Source: Eledone cirrhosa
Lineage: Eukaryota
Length of the DNA: 64,000 bases
Assembly (NCBI GenBank): GCA_964016885.1
Contig: OZ024742.1
Coordinates: 22,692,001 to 22,756,000, forward strand
Reading direction: 5' to 3'
Below, piece after piece: positions 28,687 through 41,052 of the stretch. The translations under genes and the position numbers were made by a program. Within the stretch, counting starts at the first letter, position 1. The number at the start of each line of letters is the position of its first letter. The notes below the pieces were generated by a model. The model saw only the letters and a list, made by a program, of their open reading frames with translations. It did not search any database and was not told the DNA's origin.

Positions 28687-28799
28687 ATACACATGATGAT
28701 ACACTAATGAAATTAATCTGTGCTGCTGTTTTATTTAATATTTCAGAAGGCCGTAGATTATATATGTGCAATGATGAGACTACACGTGCCTACACACAC

Positions 28800-28886
<87 letters not shown>

Positions 28887-28888
<2 letters not shown>

Positions 28889-29265
28889 TATGTATACGTA
28901 CATACATATATGTATACAGACGTACAGTAGTATGTATATATATATATATATACATGCACACATATATATATGTACGTATGTATTCACCGAACATTTATTA
29001 TAATGCTCGGTGTGTTTGTAAACAAACATCCCGAATTAAGCCGTACAGTGTCTAGCAACCATCGTTGCTCATTTGTTCAACACTGACAAAGGAACGCTGT
29101 ACTAGTTTCAAGCTTATTAGCTATCGTCAGCAACGTATACCTTCCTGCCAGATCGTTGAACGTCTGAAAGTATATACTTTCCTTATGCATATTAACGTTA
29201 ATATGCATAAGGAAAGTATATACTTTCAGACGTTCAACCATCTGGAAGGAAGGCATACGTGCATG

Positions 29266-29303
<38 letters not shown>

Positions 29304-29408
29304 CTACTGTACGTCTGTATACATATATGTATGTACGTATACATACTTATATTTAAGTAACAGCCGTACTAAGTGTGAGAAATGAAATTTCGTTTCATTT
29401 TTTCCGTT
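28887..29408. mobile_element. Fold-back non-autonomous PLE-type element in (TA)n
   Basis: Near-perfect palindrome 29140-29255 (axis aacgtt ~29197); outer arms 28887-28960 and 29259-29349; HHR in the left arm. Confidence 0.85.
29095..29135 (-). ncRNA. Minimal type I hammerhead ribozyme
   Basis: Minus strand: cguug CUGACGA uagc uaauaa gcuu GAAA CUAG UA cagcg. Palindromic stem III ACUAGU; 5-bp stem I. Confidence 0.88.
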
Positions 29409-29431
29409 TATATATATATATATATATATAT

Positions 29432-30550
29432 AGTAATAATAATAAATTTGAAGACTAAAATCCAAAGAGGGCTCGATAAGGATAAATATATATCAAATAT
29501 ATAAGAACCGTAGAGCAAATATTTATTAAAATAACAGATTAAAGTTTAAGCAAAGAATCGCTACTTTCAACCTTAACGGGATCTTCTGAAACTAACAAAG
29601 TCAATCTGTAAGCGCAGAACTGAATATTTCAAAAAACGTTGCAACCGGAGGAAGACAGGAAGACGATACCTTGGTTCGTGGAAACGTTCGCTGGCAAAGA
29701 ACGGGAAAGAACGAATAATACGTCATTAATAGGAGCGGTGAAAAACAATTACGCGAAAGACAGAACCACGTTTAGGGTATAAACGAGGTCATAGACTAAT
29801 GTTCTCTTAGGTGGTGCATAGAGACGTTCTCTGGCAATGAACGAAAAAACGAAGATAATACGTCATATATGGAGCGTGGAGAACAATAGCACGTAAAGAC
29901 ACAACCACGTAAATGGTATAGCAGAAGTCGAGGACTAAAATTCTAACTAGGAGACCAAATGAATCTCCGCTACAGAGTTAAGAACAAAGTAAATAAATAC
30001 AATACAGAAGTAATAGAAATAAATAAATACATACACGCAAACAAATACGTACATACACAAGCATACGCAAAACCTTACCATAGATATGCAAAACCACGCA
30101 CATATAAATATGTGTGTGTGTGTATGCGTGTATACAAATAAATAAATAATTATATAAACGTATATAAATAAATAAATACGTATATAACAAGCGCACACAC
30201 ATACCCACATATGACGTATTATCTTCGTTTTTTCGTTCATTGCCAGAGAACGTCTCTATGCACCACCTAAGAGAACATTAGTCTATGACCTCGTTTATAC
30301 CCTAAACGTGGTTCTGTCTTTCGCGTAATTGTTTTTCACCGCTCCTATTAATGACGTATTATTCGTTTTTTCCCGTTCTTTGCCAGCGAACGTCACCATG
30401 AACCAAAGTATCGTCTTCCTGTCCTCCTCCGGTTGCAACGTTATTTGAAATATCCAGTTCTGCGTTTACAGATTGACTTTGGTAGTTTCAGAAGATCCCG
30501 TTAAGGGTGAAAGCAGCGATTCTTTGCTTAAACTTTAATCTGTTATTTTA

Positions 30551-30556
<6 letters not shown>
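29432..30556. mobile_element. Fold-back element in (TA)n with ~350-bp arms
   Basis: 29519-29868 is the reverse complement of 30208-30556. The left arm is ~90 bp longer. The same 3' end recurs at 43220-43376. Confidence 0.88.
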
Positions 30557-30621
<65 letters not shown>

Positions 30622-30734
30622 TAAGAGGAATTCCAACTTTGTCTGATTTACTCGTTTTATTTACAATCCTTTAAAATTTATAATGGTATTATAATGAAAT
30701 AGTATGATAGAATATTAAATGTTAAGTGTTAGTA

Positions 30735-30771
30735 GAACAAGTACTTTCATGCTTTCGCAATCTTCAGGTTC
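30735..30771 (-). ncRNA. Minimal type I hammerhead (mirror copy)
   Basis: Reverse complement of 30847-30883. Confidence 0.85.
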
Positions 30772-30846
30772 ATAATGTGTGGTGATAGTCAAGTTTGCAA
30801 TTTTCAACTGTTGAAAATTGCAAACTTGACAATCACCACACATTAT

Positions 30847-30883
30847 GAACCTGAAGATTGCGAAAGCATGAAAGTACTTGTTC
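30847..30883 (+). ncRNA. Minimal type I hammerhead ribozyme
   Basis: gaac CUGAAGA uugc gaaa gcau GAAA GUAC UU guuc; palindromic stem III. Confidence 0.85.
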
Positions 30884-31042
30884 TACTAACACTTAACATT
30901 TAATATTCTATCATACTATTTCATTATAATACCATTATAAATTTTAAAGGATTGTAAATAAAACGAGTAAATCAGACAAAGTTGGAATTCCTCTTATTAA
31001 TATAATCTTCTATACACAATCATACACACCCGTGTATATTTA

Positions 31043-31083
<41 letters not shown>

Positions 31084-31730
31084 AATGAATAATAACAGGT
31101 AGACATCAAAAAAGGTAATTTATTCCGTGTGCTTACAAATGTTTCCACGGTGGTACTACAGCCTATTTATCCTATGTGCAAATTTACAAGTATTTGCAGA
31201 ACTCAAATATCCAATGCTGTGACCACTGTATCCTCAGAGCAGAATGGTAAATTGTACAATGTAAATACCCTTAAGTGGGATTGTTGGGGAAGATAGAGTA
31301 GAAAAGGAAGAGAGAAAAGTAGGGGAGAGGGAGAGGGAGAGAAAGATATGCAGCATTGCAGAAGTAGGAGAGAATGGTTTGTAGATATCTTAATCAAAAT
31401 GTTATGGTAGGGGTTTTATTATACTGGTTACTTTTGGAGAGATGCGTTGATAGTTAAGGTCGGAATTAGTTATTGCCCCAGAGGGCAGGTTCATAGATGT
31501 GGAGAGGGAGGTAGGCCAAAGGCGAGAGAGAGAGAGTGCAATGGATGTAGAGAGAGAGGTAGAGAGGGGACAGACTAAGTTTATGTGGTGAGTGAACTTT
31601 GGGTTTGTAGTAGTAATCTATGAATTGCACTGGGTTACCATTTATAGTGATAAGCAGTGTATTGTCTTGTAGTGTGGGGGAAGAGAAGGTGGTTAGCAAG
31701 AAAGCGATGTTATAGTTACGGGTTCGAATG

Positions 31731-32126
31731 TTAAGTTATTTTATAGTGAGAGAATTTAGCTTTTAGTTTGTGGTTGCAGTATAATGATCGTTCAATTCTA
31801 TAGTTAAGTAGTTTGTTTTTGGATTTTAATATGTAAAAGAGTTCAAGCTTACATAACCTGCAGTACTTCAATCCACTCCGATATGCACTTGCGCTGGAAA
31901 GTATATCCCATTTTAAGGTGAACTGTTGGCTGCGTTCACGGAGTTGCCAGGTCTTGTTGGCGAGCGTGGTTACAAAACGGTGATTAGGATGTTTGATTGA
32001 GTAGCAATGACGGTACCATCGAGATTTAAACGAGGTAGTGGTAGATCCGATATAATACCGTTTCTGGTCGTTCGATTCAACCGTGCATTGGTAAACAATG
32101 TTGGACTTCAGGCATTCATTCTTCAA
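31731..32126 (-). pseudogene. Inverted duplicate of the PLE-A GIY-YIG C-terminus (intact frame)
   Basis: NIVYQC...YYIGST...R...CRLCKLE...LLN.R.E...CNH. Confidence 0.9.
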
Positions 32127-32659
32127 TGGACATCTTTCATAACATTTTGATTAAGATATCTACAAACCACTCTCTCCTACTTCTCCAACCCCTGCATATC
32201 TTTCTCTCTCTCTCCCTCTCCCCTACTTTTCTCTCTTCCTTTTCTACTCTATCTTCCCCAACAATCCCACTTAAGGGTATTTACATTGTACAATTTACCA
32301 TTCTGCTCTGCGGATACAGTGGTCACAACATTGGATATTTGAGTTCTGCAAATACTTGTAAATTTGCACATAGCATAACTAGGCTGTAGTACAACCGTAG
32401 AAACATTTGTAAGCACACGGAATAAATTACCTTTTTTGATGTCTACCTGTTATTATTCATTCTTTATATACACTCCGGAATACAAAAGGATCAGGAACTA
32501 AGTTTCTTCAACAATTCTTCCATAACTCGTAGAGTAACCTCTCACCGTACGTCAACCATATCCAGTGTAGTAATTAAACAGTACTACATCTTGGGTAATC
32601 CTATACCTAATAATCGCCTCCTACACAGTTGAGCAACGACACCGACACACGGCATTAAT

Positions 32660-34992
32660 ATGGAAAGGCATCATATAGGTATGTCACTTAAAAACATACC
32701 TATATCTAACAAAAGGGAATATATTCTTAGTATGATTCAACGCAATAACGACTTCATTCGGCGTGTACGATGGAAAGCTTTCCATGTCGATAAGGGATGC
32801 GCCAATCACTCGTCTGAATCATATGGTTTTAAATCATCTAAAAACCCACCCACAAACCCTCATCTCGATGCTTTCGAACAAGATTTAATGAAAACGACCA
32901 TGAACATTAAGTTCAACAAACATAGAAATAATGAGCTGCAGAGCAACATGAAAGCACTACTCCGAAGATTGCAAAATACCAATGGAATTGTTGTGAAAGC
33001 TGACAAGACCTCTAACGTGTATACCATGGATATCGATACGTACAATAACTTCATACGCAACGAACTACACAAAAAATATAGAAAAACAAATGAAACTAAG
33101 CTAGCAAATATTAACAACGAGGCATATAAAGTGGTGAAGAATCTCAAGATAGACGATAGAACCGAGCCGATTATACCCGCTACCCCCACCTTCAACCTGA
33201 AGGACCATAAGGTAAATTTTGACTCTAACCCTAAGATTAGACTTATATGCCCTTCTAAATCAGACATAGGAAAAATTAGCAAACATATACTTGACAGAGT
33301 AATAACTCAAGTGAATAAGAAAATTGAAATTAAATTATGGGGCAACACTAGCGAAGCAATTCACTGGTTTAATAACGTTAAGAATAAGAATAAATCTAAG
33401 TTTATACAATTTGACATAGCCGAATACTACTCTTCCATCTCACCAAGCACTTTACGTAAGGCCCTATCGTTTGCTAAGGTCAATTACGACCTAACGGAGG
33501 ACGAAATTAATATTATTCTCGAGGCTAGAAAAACTATTATTAAGTTTGATAACTGCTACTGGGAACGTAAGGACAGACCCACAAATTTCGACATTACCAT
33601 GGGTTCCAACGACTCAGCGGAGGTCACAGATCTCGTGGGAATTTACATAGCCCACATATTACATAGTAAATTTAGTAATCTACAGGGGGGGGGGGGGATA
33701 TACAGAGATGACGAGCTCTTATTAGTCAATAACTTGAATAACCAAAATCTTGAAAGGCTACGGAAAAATATTAGAAAATCTTTTAGTGAACTGGGTCTAA
33801 AAATAACATACGAATACAATCTTAAAGTAGTGAACTTTCTGGACGTAACTCTTAATTTAAATACAAGACAGATACGACCCTTCCACAAGATGAATGAGAA
33901 CCTTACGTATATTAACTTTAACTCTAACCACCCACTCTCCATGATCAAATCAGTTCCCAGGAGTATTTCTCTTAGAATCTCTCGCCTATCGTCTAACTCT
34001 GATATTTTTAGTGAACACGCTGAATACTACAATAATGCATTAAGGAAGGCCGACCACCGGGATACAATAGAATACATTGATAGGAATTTACATAACACAC
34101 ATAGCTCTACACGAAATCAAGGAATACGTAACCGGGGGACTAAAATACAAGCGCACACACACAGTACTACCAGACATACTAATAATAGAAAATCACCACC
34201 AAATAAATCACGTTGTAGAAAGTATATCTGGTACAATCCTATTTTTAATGCCTCGATTAGTACAAAACTATCTCTTTCATTCTTTAAGTTAATCAACAAA
34301 CATTTCCCTATTTCCCATAAACACAGCAAAATTCTGAACTCTAAAACTATTAGACTATCATACTCCACGGCACCAAACCTTGAAGCATACATAAAAAAAC
34401 TTAACTTAAGGCAATTAAACAACCCTACAAAACAAAACATTTTAGTAACAGATGGGCAGAGCGTAATATCTGCCTCCCAACCACTAAATGGGAGACGGGT
34501 ATTACACAATCCACCTGTACCGCTATCACAACCTATCCATGGTATACCCGCTACCCACAACAAAGAATGTAACTGCCATCTACCTGAAAGATGTCCATTG
34601 AAGAATGAATGCCTGAAGTCCAACATTGTTTACCAATGCACGGTTGAATCGAACGACCAGAAATGGTATTATATCGGATCTACCACCACCTCGTTTAAAT
34701 CTCGCTGGTACCGTCATCGATTCTCAATCAAACATCCTAATCACTGTTTTGTAACCACGCTCGCCAACAAGACCTGGCAACTCCGCGAACGCAACCAACA
34801 GTTCACCTTAAAATGGGATATACTTTCCAGCGCAAGTGCATATCGGAGTGATTGAAGTACTGCAGGTTATGTAACCTTGAACTCTTTTACATATTAAAAT
34901 CCAAAAACAAACTACTTAACGATAGAATTGAACGATCATTATACTGCAACCACAAACTAAAAGCTAAATTCTCTCACTATAAAATAACTTAA
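32660..34992 (+). pseudogene. PLE-A polyprotein: reverse transcriptase, Cys-rich linker and GIY-YIG endonuclease, with a 1-bp deletion near 34850
   Basis: ADKT, RLI, IQFDI, MGS, YRDD, NFLDV, CNC..CPL..C, NIVY..YIG motifs. The ORF stops at 34855, and the inverted copy shows the missing G. Confidence 0.95.
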
Positions 34993-35484
34993 CATTCGAA
35001 CCCGTAACTATAACATCGCTTTCTTGCTAACCACCTTCTCATCCCCCACACTACAAGACAATACACTGCTTATCACTATAAATGGTAACCCAGTGCAATT
35101 CATAGATTACTACTATAAACCCAAAGTTCACTCACCACATAAACTTAGTCTGTCCCCTCTCTACCTCTCTCTCTACATCCATTGCACTCCCTCTCTCTCG
35201 CCTTTGGCCTACCTCCCTCTCCACATCTATGATCCTGCCCTCTGGGGCAATAACTAATTCTGACCTTAACTATCAACGCATCTCTCCAAAAGTAACCAGT
35301 ATAATAAAACCCCTACCATAACATTTTGATTAAGATATCTACAAACCACTCTCTCCTACTTCTGCAACCCATGCATATCTTTCTCTCTCTCTCCCTCTCC
35401 CCTACTTTTCTCTCTCTTCCTTTTTTACTCTTTCTTCCCCAACAATCCCACTTAAGGGTATTTACATTGTACAATTTACCATTC

Positions 35485-35596
35485 TGCTCTGAGGATACAG
35501 TGGTCACAGCATTGGATATTTGAGTTCTGCAAATACTTGTAAATTTGCACATAGCATAACTAGGCTGTAGTACCACCGTGGAAACATTTGTAAGCA
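35485..35596 (+). ncRNA. PLE-A pLTR type I hammerhead with 85-nt stem II (copies at 31130-31241 on minus; core-mutated at 32304-32415)
   Basis: ugcu CUGAGGA [uac/gug, guggu/accac, acagc/gcugu, ugcaaau/auuugca] GAAAC auuu GUA agca. Confidence 0.78.
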
Positions 35597-35787
35597 CACG
35601 GAATAAATTACCTTTTTTGATGTCTACCTGTTATTATTCATTCGTTATATACACTCCGGAATACAGAAGGATCAGGAACTAAGTTTCTTCAACAATTCTT
35701 CCATAACTCGTAGAGTAACCTCTTACCGTACGTCAACCATATCCAATGTAGTAATTAACCAGTACTACATCTTGGGTAATCCTATAC

Positions 35788-35867
<80 letters not shown>

Positions 35868-35869
<2 letters not shown>

Positions 35870-38800
35870 AACAAGTAAGACACCGACGGCTGAGCTCAAG
35901 CCGTTTCGACGGCTAATTCTGTACTGAATGAAAATTTATTCTGGTATTTAAATAGCCGAACTTATCAAGGGGTAATTCCATATATGGTCAGAGAGATAAT
36001 CACCAGGATTGGCCACATCACAAGTTAGTAGTAAATCTGTGATGGCAAGTTGGTGGGGGAAGGGGTAGCTAAACCTGCCGGTAGGAGAAAAAGGGAGAGG
36101 GAGTGGAGTAGACCCATTCATGCGTTGGTAGTGCCAGCTACAACTGGGTGTGAGGTCAAAGAAGATACTGGGGAGCGGGGGGGGGGGAGGTCGAAACGGT
36201 AAGTAGAACAATGAAAGGTAAAACTATAAAAGGTACTGAGAGAGAAAAAAAAAAAAAAAAAGCAATATCTGGTTACTAAGACTTAAGTCTCTCGCTATTG
36301 CTAGGCTAAAGAAATACATAAATAAATAAATAAACAAATAAGTAAATAAAAGAATAGATAAATAAATTAAAAAAAACAAAACAAATATATATATATATAT
36401 ATATATAAATATAATGTAGAATAAAAAAATAATTAATAATAATAGAAATAAACTAGGTAGGACGGAAATAAGGGGACCCTTATACGAGGTATAAGTTCAT
36501 GTATCGTACGGTGACGGGTCAACAAAGGCGGGGGGGGGGGGCGCAGAGTACTAAAGAGACTACCACGAAAATAATAAAGGTTTCTACCCCAATCACAAGG
36601 CCAGTAACCACCCAGTGCAAGAAAGTAAACTAGTACGAGAATATATTTCAGGGTCCCGCAAAAAAATACTAGTGCTAACTCTAAGGGTACCGCCACGAAA
36701 CAAAAAGTCTTATACAAGCTACATGAAAGATCGTACGAAGTAAAAGTAAAGAACGGAAAATTAAAACAGGACCTCCCCCCCAAAAAAAGGGAAAAAGAAG
36801 AAAGAAATACTGGATAAACGAGAAATTAAAGCAAAGATGCCACTAAGAAATATAGAAGGCACGGAAAAAAGGGACAGCGGTCGGAGAGGGGGGCGAGTAT
36901 CCGAAGTCTAACACCTCTGCTATAAAAGGCGGAATCAGCCAAATCTATCATAGAATAAGGGTGGGGGTGCTGAAGCTACAAGGGACCGATGGGCTACCTC
37001 GGGTGGGCGAGAAAAAGACGACGACAAAGGAAAGGAACTGGGGTAGAAGGACTAGGGAAGGATAGGTGTAAGGAGGAAATATAGAGGAAGCGATAAAAGA
37101 ATGTAAAAGAAGATCTTACGTCTCCATTGGCAAGCAGGGGTTACCCATTACAAAATAGGCAAGTGGGGTGTTATAGCCCTAGTCTACCCCCCGGGTCATT
37201 ATGGGGTTTGAGGGCGAGGTAAGTCCTACGTAATCGGTGTTTACATGCAGTAACCAGTTCATCTTTCTTGTTTAGGAGTTGGTCCGTCGAAAACAACATT
37301 TGTAATGTTTCCTCCGAGCATAAATTGCATGGACGGCGTCCTCCCGTGTAAGAGTTGGCTCTGGACAGTAATTTCCAAGTGAGATCATAGTTGATGTTGT
37401 TGTCCTTGAGGTCCCATATGTGGCCCGAAAGTGTAGTGGCGTGACGCCGGGCCGGGTTTCGGAAGGTATGTCTGTGTTGGTATAGCCGGGTCTTGAAGTT
37501 GCATGCGGTTAATCCTATATAAGTTTTGTTGGAGGTGTCCGTGCTCACGTTGCACTGGTAGATCACATTATGGTCTCTGCATCTGTTGTCGAGGGGGCAA
37601 CTGGATCTATCAGGACAGTTGCACCTCCTGGTCGACTCTCCACTGCTATTTAGGTTGTATCTTCCATCGGGGTTGAGTTTTTTGTTGTTGGAGGAGACGA
37701 TGTTTTGTGCGAAGTTAGGTGTGGTGCTGTAAGAGAGTTTGATGGTATTTTTGTTAATTATGTTGTGGTAGCGGTGTTGTGGTGGGAAGTGTTTTTCAAT
37801 GAGCCTAAAGAAAATTTTCCCGATGGGAGTTGTCACCTCGACGTTGTGGGGAGGATTAAACCATGTTACATTGCGTGAGCGGCGGTGTCGCCTGCTGGTT
37901 CCGCTAATGGGAGCTGGAGAGTAGGATATTTCCTCCCGGAAACCACTCCGCTTGAGAGCCTGGTTGTAGTAAGGCGCATGTTCATCGAAAATCTTCTCAT
38001 TAGCTGACAAACGGGATATACGGAGGGAGATGTTTTTAACCAGGTTGTTGGTGATGTTCCTAGGATGGTTAGATCGGCGGTGGATGTAGTGCAGGTTGTC
38101 ATTGGGTTTCCTGTATGGATAGTACAGGTCATTATTGAGATCGAGGGTAACGTCCAGGAAATTAACTCGGGTCAGGGACGTTTGTAGGGTTATTTTACAT
38201 CCCCAGTCGCGGAAGAAGCTGATTAATTGTTTACGGACCCGATCTGTACTACTGGGGTTGTACCCTTTAAGGGTAAGGAGCCCATCATCACGGTACAATC
38301 CACCACCGAAAGCAGGAAACATATCGGTGAGTTTGGCTATAAGGAATAATCCTATAAGGTCTGTGACCTCCGCCGAATCCGTAGCGCCCATGCTGACGTC
38401 GAAGGGTGAGTCAGGAGCTCTTTTTATCCATTTGGAGTTGTCAAAGAGTAAGACTGTCTTCCTGGCGTGGAGGATGATTTTTCTTTCCTGGTCGGTAATG
38501 GGCAGAAGTGCTTCGGCGAAGTCCAAGGCGGCAGTAAGTAGCGGTAAGGTGATTGAAGCATAATAGCTCTCTATGTCGAACTGGATAAATTTAGTGTCTC
38601 GTTTATCCTCCAAATTGCTGAACCATGAGATAACTTCCTGGGTGTTGATCCATAGGCTAAGTCGGGCGTGTTGCTTGACTTTTGGTATCACGCGGTCTAG
38701 GATTTTTTTGCTGATTCTCCCTATGTCGGACTTCGTTGGGTTTATAAGCCTGATAGATGGTTTACGGTCGAAATCGGATTTGTGGTCCTTCAGTGTGAAG

Positions 38801-39345
38801 TAGGGTGTCCGTGGGTCTAGGGGTTCGGTGCGGTCAGCGACGCCGAGGCTGGAGGTAATTTGTTGTCCATCTCGATTAATGTCCTCGATGCATGAGTGGT
38901 TAGCCTTTTTATAGGTGGAGTTTAGGCTGCTCCTGATCAGTGTGTGGTATCTGTCGGGGTTGACAAAGTATAGGTTCCCAGTTTCATCCGAATGCACCAT
39001 GATGTCATTGGTGTTATCATACTCTGTTCAGTTGCTACGGAGTTTTTGTAGGAATCGGTTGTGTCTGGGTTTGAATTTAAGGTTCTTGACCAGTTGGAAG
39101 AGGTCATTCTCGAAGGGTGAGAGCAAAGGGTTCGGGGGGGGGGATTTGTAGGTAATAAATCTGAATCTCTCCTTGGTACCGACGTCCTGATTGTCGCGGA
39201 ATCTGTCGTAGAAGAAAGTTCTCCATCTAAGTCTTTTCGCAAATAGATCGATTTTGTGCGTGAGCATCCGAAGGTAAAGTTTTTTCGGTGGGATTGGGAT
39301 GTTCTTGGTAGAGAAGTCGATATTGTGTTTTCGCATGGTGCGCAT
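35868..39345 (-). mobile_element. PLE-B: Penelope-like element with a full coding region and ~1.3-kb 3' UTR/pLTR; 5' end lost at the ATG
   Basis: RT + GIY-YIG ORF; 3' end joined to (TA)n; further copies at 14651 and 41053. Confidence 0.95.
37171..39336 (-). pseudogene. PLE-B polyprotein (RT + GIY-YIG) with one in-frame TGA at 39030-39028
   Basis: STKNIP..RLRWR N-terminus, then IQFDI, YRDDGL, NFLDV, CNC..CPL..C, NVIY..YIG. Clearly homologous to PLE-A. Confidence 0.94.
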
Positions 39346-39708
39346 GGTAGAGTACAGATGATTCTTTATTATCTTGAAGGTCTCGCCAGTGTTCATTTAT
39401 CCGTTCCCCTACACTACGAGCTGTCTCACCTATGTACACTATATTTTTGTTTCTACATTGTCCTTCAGTACATCTTATGCTATACACTACATTTCTAGTT
39501 TTACAGTTAATATGGGGGCTTATTTTACAGGTTATACATTTCTTATCTATACATGAGGGTCTTTGGAACGGGTATGTCTTGCTAATAAGTGTTTTTACGG
39601 AGGTACCTGGTCTTTCTACTATCTTAATATTGAGTTTATGTTTATTTAGGGCTCTTCTAAATTTGTAGGCTAATTCGCCTCTAGGGGTTGTATTGATGAA
39701 CATTACAC

Positions 39709-40644
39709 ATTAACAACCAAAAACCAATCCTCCATTCCCATTATGCCAAACCCATGACTTCCAAACATCTGATCCACCGAAACTCGGCCATTTCGGACCA
39801 TACCAAAATCAACATACTGATTGCGGATTTGGTACGGGTGATGAGAAATGTGTCCCGCATGTGCAACCCCGAAGAACTAGAGAGACACATACAACACTTC
39901 ATCCACCGTATGCAGTTCTCTGGCTACAATCAGAGAGATAGAATCAGAGTGTATAGAGGAGCCAGAACCAAATGGGAAAAAATGGTAAATAATGACATAA
40001 ATGGGACCTGCCCCTTGTATAGGAGCAAATTTTGGAATAGAATAGAAAGAACTAGGAACAAGGCCAATAGAATAAACTCATGGTATGATAGCAATAAATA
40101 CCAGAGTGTAATGTTCATCAATACAATCCCTAGAGGCGAATTAGCCTACAAATTTAGAAGGGCCCTAAATAAACATAAACTCAATATTAAGATAGCAGAA
40201 AGACCAGGTACCTCCGTAAAAACACTTATTAGCAAGACATACCTGTTCCAAAGACCCTCATGTATAGATAAGAAATGTATAACCTGTAAAATAAGCCCCC
40301 ATATTAACTGTAAAACTAGAAATGTAGTGTATAGCATAAGATGTACTGAAGGACAATGTAGAAACAAAACTATAGTGTACATAGGTGAGACAGCTCGTAG
40401 TATAGGGGAACGGATAAATGAACACTGGCGAGACCTTCAAGATAATAAAGAATCATCTGTACTCTACCAACATGCTAAGATAGAACACAAGGGTAAATTA
40501 GAGAACATAGAAATAAAAATAGAATCCACACACAGAAAAGATGCAATGTTTAGGCAAATTACAGAGGCAGTAAGCATAAAAGAATTACAACCAAAATTAA
40601 ATAGAAAATATGAGTGGAACAGCAACATCACAACTTACAATTAA
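39709..40644 (+). pseudogene. PLE-C RT thumb, Cys-rich linker and GIY-YIG endonuclease fragment
   Basis: HYAKPM..SGY..C..CITC..C.TRNVVYSIRC..YIGETAR..R..EH..RQITEA..LNR. Confidence 0.92.
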
Positions 40645-40848
40645 GGACAAAATGAAAACACACACACACATAGAACAAACAACCAACCAACAACATGTAA
40701 ATAAATAAACAAATAGATAAATGAACACAAACACACACAGACACCCGGATGTGGCGCATGCGCAAACTGAGCCCACAACACAGACACAGAAACAAAATGG
40801 CGTAGGACAGAAGAAAGGAAAGGCACAGAAACAAAGTAAGGAATCCCC

Positions 40849-40893
40849 AGTCACTGAAGAGGTCACAGAGTGTGTGACGAAAGGACTATGACT
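40849..40893 (+). ncRNA. Minimal type I hammerhead in the PLE-C pLTR
   Basis: aguca CUGAAGA g gucaca gagug ugugac GAAA gga CUA ugacu. Confidence 0.78.
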
Positions 40894-41052
40894 ATATATA
40901 AACAACTATCTGGTTGTGGAACCAACCAACCAGAAATTTATAAGTTTGTAGATTTGTAAATTTATAAATTTATAAATATATAATAAATTGAAGTAAATGC
41001 AGTTGGTGCGTGTGTTTCTTATTGGCAACATGACCCTCCCAAAGTATAACAA

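Larger units (their letters stand above)
30618..31045. mobile_element. Near-perfect ~385-bp palindromic element in (TA)n
   Basis: Axis at 30809 (aattttcaac t gttgaaaatt); the right arm has a ~40-bp extra tail. Confidence 0.92.
31081..35793 (+). mobile_element. PLE-A: near full-length Penelope-like element with direct pLTRs (32138-32612 and 35317-35793) and a 5' inverted copy of its 3' end (31081-32139)
   Basis: Direct and inverted repeats are visible; RT + GIY-YIG ORF; (TA)n on both sides. Confidence 0.96.
39346..41052 (+). mobile_element. PLE-C: 5'-truncated Penelope-like element of a different family, with an inverted internal copy at 39346-39708
   Basis: 39346-39708 is the reverse complement of ~40106-40468. 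The + arm encodes RT thumb and GIY-YIG, and an HHR lies in the 3' UTR. Confidence 0.92.

Noticed and set aside
34840-34860. Selenocysteine or readthrough at the PLE-A stop
   Set aside because: The inverted copy shows a 1-bp deletion frameshift instead.
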